Shown: one piece after another, positions 1 through 7,009 of the stretch
How the letters are laid out: every line of letters starts with the position of its first letter
Position numbering within the stretch: the first letter of the stretch is position 1
Origin: an uncultured Myxococcales bacterium
GTDB taxonomy: Bacteria; Myxococcota; UBA4151
DNA length: 10,440 nt
Direction of reading: 5' to 3'
Assembly: GCA_964013405.1 (NCBI GenBank)
Contig: CAXGWI010000128.1
Span: 1-10,440, forward strand
The notes under the pieces: generated by a model
What the model was told of the DNA's origin: nothing
The model's input: the letters and a program-made list of their open reading frames with translations, nothing else
Database searches by the model: none
Made by a program: the position numbers and the translations under genes

Positions 1-599
1 AAGCGCTCGACAGGTCACCAAGTCCAGCACCCGCCCAAAACGAAGAAGCCAAGCCTGGAGCCCGTATCCGTTCTGGACATCTCGGCCGTGCACCCCGGAG
101 CCTGCCTAGCGAGGGTGATCAGGCACTGTTGAGCAAGGCCTCTGAAGGTTTCCGGTCAGCGCAAACGCGTATACCCACACCAAGGGTACAACCGCCTAGG
201 GCCCGACCGCCTAGGGCCCGGCCGCCCTCGGCTGGGCAAACCCGCATTTCGATGCCGACTCAGCGAACTCAGATCCCTGGCGGTATCGTATCATCCGGTC
301 GGACAGAACGACCTCAGCCCCGGCGAGACCAGATGCCCGCGCCGGCGGCTCCTCCCAAGGCGCCACAGCGCCGGCGGCCGCCGATCTCGAGCGACCGGAT
401 GCCTGGGCTGCCCAAAGCACGACCGCGTCCGTCCGTGCCAGCGGACCAGGCGTCGCCGCCAACTCCAACTCGTCCGAGTCGGCCGCCGGCGCCAGCGCCT
501 GCCGCAGCGCCGACCCCCGCCGAGCATGAACTCGACCAAACCCAAATGGTGCGACTCGACGAACTGAATACCGATCTCGGTTCACCCGACGACTATTGA
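1..599 (+). CDS. Partial CDS (5' end outside window): Pro/Arg/Ala-rich, probably disordered C-terminal tail of an unidentified protein
   Basis: The frame of ORF 129..599 is open back to position 3 (ALDRSPSPAPAQNEEAKPGARIRSGHLG...), so the TTG at 129 is probably not the start. Low-complexity Pro-rich sequence ends in an acidic segment (EHELDQTQMVRLDELNTDLGSPDDY), TGA at 597-599, co-oriented with dut. No folded domain is recognisable. Confidence 0.65.
   Translation, partial: ALDRSPSPAPAQNEEAKPGARIRSGHLGRAPRSLPSEGDQALLSKASEGFRSAQTRIPTPRVQPPRARPPRARPPSAGQTRISMPTQRTQIPGGIVSSGRTERPQPRRDQMPAPAAPPKAPQRRRPPISSDRMPGLPKARPRPSVPADQASPPTPTRPSRPPAPAPAAAPTPAEHELDQTQMVRLDELNTDLGSPDDY
191..220 (+). repeat. 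Exact 15-bp tandem duplication (accgcctagggcccg x2) encoding PPRAR-PPRAR, followed by a degenerate partial copy
   Basis: Read directly: 191-205 and 206-220 are identical, and 221-231 (gccgccctcgg) is a degenerate continuation. The unit length preserves the reading frame. Confidence 0.9.
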
Positions 600-653
600 T
601 TCTTCCTTGCGTCGGCTCCGCCCTCGCGCGCAAAAGCGTAGGGCAGGGGACAC

Positions 654-658
654 GGGGA
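654..658 (+). promoter_or_regulatory. Putative Shine-Dalgarno for dut (GGGGA)
   Basis: Purine-rich GGGGA 8 nt upstream of ATG 667. Confidence 0.5.
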
Positions 659-666
659 CTTAGATC

Positions 667-1116
667 ATGGAAGTGAATATCCGGCTGGCGGAGTCGGCGG
701 GGGGCGACCCATCGTTCATGCCCGTCTACGCAAGTGGTCAAGCCGCGGGCGCAGACCTTCGGGCGGCCGTTGCTGAGACCGTGACCTTGGCCCCCGGCGA
801 CCGACTGCTGATTCCAACGGGAATCCATATGGCCTTACCACCGGGATTTGAGGGCCAGGTCCGCAGTCGGTCCGGTTTGGCCCTCCACCATGGGCTCTAT
901 CTACCCAACGCACCGGGAACGATCGATTCGGATTACCGAGGTGAAATCGGCGTCATTCTGCAAAATGGTGGTGACCATCCGGTTCAGATTGAACGGGGCG
1001 AGCGGATTGCTCAGTTGATTATCGCACCGGTGTTTCAGGCGGACTTCGTGCCCAGTGATCACTTGGCTGGCACCGGCCGGGGAGCGGGTGGTTTCGGAAG
1101 TACAGGTCGGGCATGA
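667..1116 (+). CDS. dut: Trimeric dUTP diphosphatase (dUTPase), 149 aa
   Basis: All five trimeric dUTPase motifs are present: AGADL, RSRSGLA, GTIDSDYRGEI, ERIAQL and RGAGGFGSTG. Confidence 0.97.
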   Translation: MEVNIRLAESAGGDPSFMPVYASGQAAGADLRAAVAETVTLAPGDRLLIPTGIHMALPPGFEGQVRSRSGLALHHGLYLPNAPGTIDSDYRGEIGVILQNGGDHPVQIERGERIAQLIIAPVFQADFVPSDHLAGTGRGAGGFGSTGRA

Positions 1117-3278
1117 ATCACCCCCTCGACACCCTGTTGCCCACGTCGCGGCGGATCGCAGATCGCTATGAGGTGATCCGCCCCTTGGGTGTCGGCGCAT
1201 TGGGTGTCAGCTACCTGTGTCGGGACCAAGACCTCCAGGAGTTGGTCTGCTTAAAACTCGCCTACCGCCATATGTTGATCGGCCGCCGAGATCGGCGTGC
1301 GTTCGATCAATGGCTGCGGTCCATGCGCACGGCGAATTCGCCACGGTTGGCCGCCTTACAGCGGAGTGGCAGTGATGCCGAGGTCGGGACGTTCTTCGTG
1401 TCGAGCGTTGTCGAAGGTACGCCCTTAGCGAAGGTCGTTGCGGAAGCCGACAGATCCTTCCTGGCTTCAGAGGTCCGTGAACTTCTCGCGGGAATTCAGC
1501 GGGGGCTGAACGATCTTGGTGAGTTGGGCCCCCACGGCGTCCTTCACCTGAACAATATTCTGCTGACCGATGGGGATCCAGTGCTCACCGATGCCGGCAG
1601 CTATTTGAGTGTGCCAAGTCGCCTTTTTGTCGACGCCCACCGGCGTCAGGGGACCCATATCTGGTTGGCACCGGAAGTGATGCGGGAGCGCCAGGATTTA
1701 GACGGCCGGACCGACATCTATTCTGTTTGCGCCATCGCTGCTCATCTTTTGACGGGTCGGCCGCCGGGTTTACAGCAGCGCAAGGAACTCGAGACCTTGC
1801 ATCCCGCACTGCAGGCGGCCTTGCGAGCGGGCCTCACCGATACGGCTGAGGATCGGGTCGCCTCCTTGCACGCATTGGAAGCCGCACTCGATACCGCAAT
1901 CCAGACCGAGCCAGATGCAGAAGAGTTCACCGAGCGGACGGAGCGGTCTGAGCTGAGTATTCGCCAGGAGGACTTGGTCGATATCTACGAGGTGAGCGAG
2001 GAGCCAGCGGCTGGACAAGCCCAACCCACGACCACCGAATCGGAGGTGTCGACAAGGAACGAGGCCCCCTCGACGGTGGAAGAGACGGGTATCGAATCCG
2101 TGACGGACCGATCCCCCATGGATGAAGAGGAAGTGTCTCTGAGCCATGGCGTGTTGCGGTCCATGCCGGAAGGGCCAGCCCAAATGCCCCGAGTTCAGCG
2201 CTCACTCACAGCACTGCAGTGGGTTCTTTTGGCTGTGATTGGCCTGGGCGCGCTGGTTGCCAGCTATCTCATTTTTCAGGGTCTCCTGACGCGGGGGCCA
2301 ACGGATCCTGCCGGGACCCATCGGACCGTTGCAAAGAGTCCCCAGCATGAGGGCGACAACCTGGAGTTGCCTGGCCCTAGTCCGGACCAGAACGTGATCA
2401 GGGCGCCTTCCAGTCTCACCAAACCGGACGCAGGTCCCTCGGCTCGCCCGGCCTTGGCGAGGCCTCTGCGTGATGCTGGTATCGCCCACCGTGTGATTCG
2501 GGTCGATGGGGGGGGCGGCACAAATCTGGAAGTTCTCGCGGAGCAGGCCCTGGAGAAAGTCAGCGGAGAGGAAGGCTTGGAGGGGCTCGAGTCACCACCA
2601 CCGCCAGCCTTGGAGATTCGCCCAGCCCCGGAACCTGCTACTCCCACACCGCCAGCCGCCAAAGCCCAAGAGCCCATCGCGGCGCCCCAGAAAAAAGTGG
2701 GGGGGCGGGCCATTTGCAGCCGAGGGATGGCCCTGATTCCTGGGGGGCCGTTTTCGGCTGGCTCCAATGTGTCGGCCGCTGTGCGAAGTTCCGGCGAGCG
2801 GCAACCGACTCAAGTCGCTGTGGGGGATTTCTGCATGGATCGCTACGAGTACCCCAATTATTTGCGAAGCCCCCCCCGAGGAAATTTCGGCGCGTTCCAG
2901 GCCAAGGCCATGTGCGAGGCGAAGGGGAAGCGTTTGTGTGCGGAAGACGAGTGGGAAAAGGCATGCAAAGGGCCGAGGGGGCATAGCTATGCCTACGGTC
3001 CGGGTTACGTGCCCGGTCGATGCAATACGGTGGATGAAGGCCATGGGAGTGCTGTCGCGCCCTTGAAGTATCCCAAGTGCCGAGCGGGCTATCGAACATT
3101 CGCCATGACCGGTAATCTCGCCGAGTGGGTTCAGGCCAAATCAGGCTTTGCCCTCAAAGGTGGCTCCTATGAAGAAGGACAGTCCTCGGCCCGGTGTGCT
3201 GCGAGAGCGCCGGCTCCAGCCAGTCGTCGACGGGCAGAATACGGGGTGCGTTGTTGTGCGGATCCGAGTTACGAGTAG
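1113..3278 (+). CDS. Membrane-anchored Ser/Thr kinase-like (probable pseudokinase) / FGE-sulfatase (SUMF1-like) domain fusion protein, 721 aa
   Basis: N-terminal Hanks fold: RYEVIRPLGVGALGV, VCLK, NILL, LAPE, DIYS...LTGRPP. Then an acidic linker, one TM helix (LQWVLLAVIGLGALVASYLIF, about 2214-2276) and a Pro-rich spacer. C-terminal FGE-type motifs from about 2712: GMALIPGGPF, FCMDRYEYPN, GKRLCAEDEWEKAC, MTGNLAEW, KGGSY, GVRCC. ATGA overlap with the dut stop. Confidence 0.88.
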   Translation: MNHPLDTLLPTSRRIADRYEVIRPLGVGALGVSYLCRDQDLQELVCLKLAYRHMLIGRRDRRAFDQWLRSMRTANSPRLAALQRSGSDAEVGTFFVSSVVEGTPLAKVVAEADRSFLASEVRELLAGIQRGLNDLGELGPHGVLHLNNILLTDGDPVLTDAGSYLSVPSRLFVDAHRRQGTHIWLAPEVMRERQDLDGRTDIYSVCAIAAHLLTGRPPGLQQRKELETLHPALQAALRAGLTDTAEDRVASLHALEAALDTAIQTEPDAEEFTERTERSELSIRQEDLVDIYEVSEEPAAGQAQPTTTESEVSTRNEAPSTVEETGIESVTDRSPMDEEEVSLSHGVLRSMPEGPAQMPRVQRSLTALQWVLLAVIGLGALVASYLIFQGLLTRGPTDPAGTHRTVAKSPQHEGDNLELPGPSPDQNVIRAPSSLTKPDAGPSARPALARPLRDAGIAHRVIRVDGGGGTNLEVLAEQALEKVSGEEGLEGLESPPPPALEIRPAPEPATPTPPAAKAQEPIAAPQKKVGGRAICSRGMALIPGGPFSAGSNVSAAVRSSGERQPTQVAVGDFCMDRYEYPNYLRSPPRGNFGAFQAKAMCEAKGKRLCAEDEWEKACKGPRGHSYAYGPGYVPGRCNTVDEGHGSAVAPLKYPKCRAGYRTFAMTGNLAEWVQAKSGFALKGGSYEEGQSSARCAARAPAPASRRRAEYGVRCCADPSYE

Positions 3279-3281
3279 GTC

Positions 3282-4058
3282 ATGCTAGAGTTATGCGTTA
3301 GTCTGGTTTTGGTCTTGGATCCGGCGGCTCCGTTCGCCGCAGCAGCGACCGCAGCCGCAAAATCCCGTCCCTGCACGAAGGTGCTGACCATCACCGGGAG
3401 TGCCGAAGCGGACCGGGCCCAGGTCGGTGGCGTGAAAGAGCAAGCTGTCCTCGTCGCTTACGGGCCGGCTGCAGCCGTGGCGGTCGTGACCCGCTGGCCC
3501 GACCGGTCGGTGACTCTTGGCGGACTTGGACCGGCTAATTCGGTCCTTTTTGAAGCCCCACACCGGCGCGTCCTGCCCCTATCCCCAGAGGGGCATGTGG
3601 CAATCGCACTTGCGAATCGACTCTTACCCTCTCGAAAAGTTTGGTGCGTGCCTGTCTCTCCGGACATGGCCCGAGATCGGGTGGAGCGTAGCCGTTCGGC
3701 CCTGCGCCAGGCGGGCATGAGTCTCGTGCCCTACCGGGATGCGCCGCCCGCTGGCTGTGAGGGGCTCGTCGCCTGGTACGAGGGCCCCGCGACGACGGCT
3801 GATGGCTTTCAGACGCTGCTGCAGCAGGCCCATCGCTTGAAGTTGCCCGTGCTCGCTTTTTCGCCAGAACTCCTGGGACAAGGTACGGAGTTGGCTGTGG
3901 GCGTCCAGTTGGGCCTGTACTTGGGCCATCTTCTCGACGGGGGGTCGGTCCAGGAGGATTGGCTCCTGTGGGTTGATCCGGTCGGGGCCGCTCGCAAGGG
4001 GCTGGCTTGGCCAAAAACCTGGCCAAACGTACCTGTGCGGATTCAACCGCCGGAGTAG
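3282..4058 (+). CDS. Exported protein, divergent ABC_sub_bind-like (type I periplasmic binding protein fold), 258 aa
   Basis: Hydrophobic/Ala-rich N-terminus. Segments VLVAYGPAAA, LANRLLPSRKVWCVPVSP and AHRLKLPVLAFSPELLGQGTELAV resemble ABC_sub_bind (PF04392-type) patterns as I recall them (llP..k.igv.y.p; kiPv......v..Gal.a). Starts 3 nt after the upstream stop. Confidence 0.6.
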   Translation: MLELCVSLVLVLDPAAPFAAAATAAAKSRPCTKVLTITGSAEADRAQVGGVKEQAVLVAYGPAAAVAVVTRWPDRSVTLGGLGPANSVLFEAPHRRVLPLSPEGHVAIALANRLLPSRKVWCVPVSPDMARDRVERSRSALRQAGMSLVPYRDAPPAGCEGLVAWYEGPATTADGFQTLLQQAHRLKLPVLAFSPELLGQGTELAVGVQLGLYLGHLLDGGSVQEDWLLWVDPVGAARKGLAWPKTWPNVPVRIQPPE

Positions 4059-4062
4059 ATTG

Positions 4063-4734
4063 ATGGGTCGTATCTGCGTTCTTGGCGCTGCCATCTTCAT
4101 GGCTGCACCGGCTCAAGCCCACGCAGGCTTGGACGTCATGGGTGTGCACCTGGGGCAGAAGAAGCGGACTGCGTTACGGTGGGCCCGTAAGAAAACAGGC
4201 TGTCGGCCCATCAATCGCAAGTTGCGGAGCTTCTACGTCGCCGACGACCACAGCGTGGTGAGTCGTGGGCGGAAAGACCGCTCCGTGGCCGTGATGAACT
4301 GTCGGGATAAGCACTGGCGAGAGGCGAAGATTCGCGAATACCATTTCGTCCGGGGCCGCCTGGCTCGTATCGTGGTTCATCTGGACCCGGGCCTCGGTAG
4401 CAACCGGAGTGCCGGCGAGCCCTGGGTACCAAAGTATCATGAGATTAAGGCCGTCTTGACCGGCGTGCTTGGCGAGCCGGATGAGGTGGTCGAGCACGTG
4501 CCGAAGAGCTTTGCGGGTGACCCGGTCCGGGCCCTCGAGCAGCGGCGTGGAGGCTACTGGAGCCGCTGGGCTGAGCGATCCCGTCAGCGGGTGGATATGG
4601 GTTTGCGGTTAAGTGGAGACCGTAAGCAGCCGGGACGGGTGCTCTTTTACGTCGATATTCGGGGACGCAGTCAGATCAAGTCCCAGAAGAAGCGCCGGCG
4701 CAACCGATTGCGGCCTCGTTATAATCCCTATTGA
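4063..4734 (+). CDS. Highly basic exported hypothetical protein, 223 aa (start reassigned from 3973 to ATG 4063)
   Basis: GGAG at 4052-4055 lies 7 nt before ATG 4063, just after the upstream stop at 4058. This start yields a classic Sec signal peptide, MGRICVLGAAIFMAAPAQAHA|G. Confidence 0.75.
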   Translation: MGRICVLGAAIFMAAPAQAHAGLDVMGVHLGQKKRTALRWARKKTGCRPINRKLRSFYVADDHSVVSRGRKDRSVAVMNCRDKHWREAKIREYHFVRGRLARIVVHLDPGLGSNRSAGEPWVPKYHEIKAVLTGVLGEPDEVVEHVPKSFAGDPVRALEQRRGGYWSRWAERSRQRVDMGLRLSGDRKQPGRVLFYVDIRGRSQIKSQKKRRRNRLRPRYNPY

Positions 4735-5930
4735 GATCGCCTGATGCCTAGGGATTGGTGAAATCCAGGCCAGCTGACATCCACCGCATCGGCACTATCT
4801 AACTGGAGCCCGCCTGGGACGGTGGCTGCCAGGGCGCAGAGCGCCATGTGGATCCGATGATCGCCGTAGCAGGGGATCTCGGCGCTTTGGGCCTGTCCGC
4901 CGACCACTGTGAGCTCGTCTCCGGTCACATGGACCTCAAGGCCACATCTGTGGAGCGCCTCAGCCATCACCGCGAGGCGGTCGCTCTCTTTATGGCGGAT
5001 GCCAGGACTGCATTGGAGTCGCGTGGGACCTGGGCTGAGACTGGCGAGCACGGCCATCGGTGGCAGCAGGTCCGGTTGAGCCCTTAGATCCAAGTACGGA
5101 ACGGCCAATCGCTCACCGGGATGTATCGAGAGTCCATCGTCATGCCAACGCACGCTGGCGCCAAACTGCTCGAGAAACTGAGGGAGGGCCCGATCCGATT
5201 GTCGGGAGTGGCGTTGGAGGTTCGCTAGGCGCAGGGGTTGTCCCATGGCGATGGAGAAAGCCCCAGCCAAACCGGCTGCCGACCAGTCGCCCTCGATGGG
5301 GTAAAGCCCTCCTTGGGCCGTCTGGTTGCCAGGGATCTGGAAGCCATCGCTGGTTTTCTCGATCATCAAACCGAAATGGGCCGCCGCCTGCTGGGTCAAC
5401 TCGACATAACCCTGGGACGGCACCTCGCCGAGCAGCTGAATCCGGCTGTCTCCGGTGGCAAAGGGCAGGGCGAGCAGGAGGCTGGAAAGGAATTGGCTGG
5501 AGAGCTCCGCAGCGACGGAAAACAATCCGGGCTGGAGTGGTCCACGGATGCTGATGGGTAAGTGGTCGTCTCGGCTCTCGATCCAGACACCGGCTGCTTC
5601 GAGACTCCTGAGCAAGGAGGCATTCGTGCGTCGGGAGAGGGAAGCATCACCGACAAAATGGGTCGTTTCACCCAACAGCGCGGCCTGGCCTAAGAGGAAA
5701 CGCAGCGTCGTGCCTGAATTGCCACAGTCGATCGTGATCCCGTCGCCCAGGGCCGCCATGCCACGGTGGGTGGCTTCGGTATCCGCACAGTTCAAAAGCC
5801 CATCGAGCACGGGCGGATCAGGGCAGTGATGGGAAAGGATGAGGGCCCGGTGACTCAGGGACTTGCTACCGGGGACAGCCAGTGAGTCGGGTAGCTTCGA
5901 GGGAGCCTCGATACGCTGCAAAAGGCTCAT
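4728..5930 (-). CDS. aroA: 3-phosphoshikimate 1-carboxyvinyltransferase (EPSP synthase), 400 aa
   Basis: Motifs VPGSKSLSHRAL, DCGNSGTTLRF, SSQFLSSLLL, IEGDWSAA, PDL, RHKESDR, DHRI and SWPGF. ATGA overlap with the upstream transporter gene. Confidence 0.96.
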   Translation of the reverse strand: MSLLQRIEAPSKLPDSLAVPGSKSLSHRALILSHHCPDPPVLDGLLNCADTEATHRGMAALGDGITIDCGNSGTTLRFLLGQAALLGETTHFVGDASLSRRTNASLLRSLEAAGVWIESRDDHLPISIRGPLQPGLFSVAAELSSQFLSSLLLALPFATGDSRIQLLGEVPSQGYVELTQQAAAHFGLMIEKTSDGFQIPGNQTAQGGLYPIEGDWSAAGLAGAFSIAMGQPLRLANLQRHSRQSDRALPQFLEQFGASVRWHDDGLSIHPGERLAVPYLDLRAQPDLLPPMAVLASLSPGPTRLQCSPGIRHKESDRLAVMAEALHRCGLEVHVTGDELTVVGGQAQSAEIPCYGDHRIHMALCALAATVPGGLQLDSADAVDVSWPGFHQSLGIRRSQ

Positions 5931-6985
5931 AGTGACTCGACATGGACCGAGTCCCCTTCCGATGTGGAGTGGATCGCGCCAGGAAGCCTTCCTGCAAGAA
6001 TCTCGGCGGCCGGTCGCGTCGTCTCAAAGCGCGCGAGGATGATGCCCATAATCGCCGTCATCGGTGCGGCCATCAGCATGCCGACGGGACCCCAGATCAT
6101 GCCCCAAAAGATCAAAGCGAGGAGAATGCTCAGGGGGTGAAGGTCGAGGCCATCGCCCATCAGTTTCGGCTCGATGACGTTGCCGATCGTGAACTGGATC
6201 GATCCAGGAATCACGATGGCTGCGGCCACCATCAGTCCGCTCTCTAACTGAATCATCGCAATGGGTAGGGGCAGGAGGGTCGCGATGATGGAGCCAACGC
6301 TTGGAATGAAGTTCAGGAGGAAGGCCATAAAGCCGAAGACCATGGCGAGGTCGAGGCCAAAGAGTGCGAGGGTGCTGCCGACCAGGATGCCGGTGACTGC
6401 AGAGGTGATCACCTTGGTCGCCAGGTAGCGACGAATCTTCCGATCCATCTCCCCCCAAAGCCCCGAACGAACCTCTAGCGGCTGCCTTCCCAGAATCATG
6501 AAGACCGCAAACAACGCCACCAAGACCGAGGTGGTCAGGAAGTTCATGACACCGCCTACGGCGTCTTGCAGCAAAGGCAGGACAGGCAGTTCACGAATGC
6601 GATCGACGAAGTCCTTTTGACCGAGGTCGATGTTCCACCGTGTGAGCAGGCCGAGGACCCGATCGACCAATTGCAGTCCTTTTTCCTTGAAGGTGTCCAC
6701 GTTCTCCATCAGCCCGCCGATGGAGGTGATGAGGAGCAGCGTGAGCAAGGTGAGCAAGGATGCGATGACGAGAAAGGCTGCGAACAAAGCCACCCAACGA
6801 GGTGCCTTCAGGCCCAACTGCAGCCCATCGACTAAAGGGGCCACCAAATGGGTGAGAAACAGGGCGAGCATGAAAGGGACCATGACCGGCCGCGTCCAGT
6901 AGAGGGCGAAGGCCAGGCAGGTGGAAGCAATCACCAACAAGGAGACTGTCGTCAGGTTGCCTTGTTCGATCTGTCGTCCGCCCAT
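5927..6985 (-). CDS. AI-2E family (PerM/TqsA-like) transporter, 352 aa
   Basis: Multiple hydrophobic helices with family motifs LLNFIPSVG and NVIEPKLMGDGLDLHPLSILLALIFWGMIWGPVGMLMAAPMT. Typical length for the family. Confidence 0.93.
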   Translation of the reverse strand: MGGRQIEQGNLTTVSLLVIASTCLAFALYWTRPVMVPFMLALFLTHLVAPLVDGLQLGLKAPRWVALFAAFLVIASLLTLLTLLLITSIGGLMENVDTFKEKGLQLVDRVLGLLTRWNIDLGQKDFVDRIRELPVLPLLQDAVGGVMNFLTTSVLVALFAVFMILGRQPLEVRSGLWGEMDRKIRRYLATKVITSAVTGILVGSTLALFGLDLAMVFGFMAFLLNFIPSVGSIIATLLPLPIAMIQLESGLMVAAAIVIPGSIQFTIGNVIEPKLMGDGLDLHPLSILLALIFWGMIWGPVGMLMAAPMTAIMGIILARFETTRPAAEILAGRLPGAIHSTSEGDSVHVESL

Positions 6986-7009
6986 GGGCGGTGCTTAGCC
7001 TCTCGAGCC

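Noticed and set aside
129..131. TTG start proposed by the ORF track for the first gene
   Set aside because: The frame is open to the window edge, so the gene most likely starts upstream.
607..640. Possible sigma70 promoter (ttgcgt as -35) before dut
   Set aside because: No credible -10 hexamer at 16-18 bp spacing.
620..650. Intrinsic terminator after the first gene
   Set aside because: A hairpin is present but no U-tract follows it.
667..1116. Phage-borne dUTPase / prophage
   Set aside because: No integrase, structural or replication phage genes nearby; the context is cellular.
1113..3278. Pseudogene interpretation of the degenerate kinase
   Set aside because: No frameshift or stop over 721 codons, and structural motifs, the TM helix and the C-terminal domain are retained.
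3973..4062. Longer N-terminus (253 aa) for the basic exported protein
   Set aside because: It would overlap the upstream gene by 86 bp and bury the signal peptide. ATG 4063 has a well-spaced GGAG.
211..4497. Numerous minus-strand and alternate-frame ORFs (e.g. 211..828, 2276..2767, 3535..4149)
   Set aside because: They overlap well-supported genes, have Arg/Pro/Gly-rich off-frame composition and show no domain motifs.
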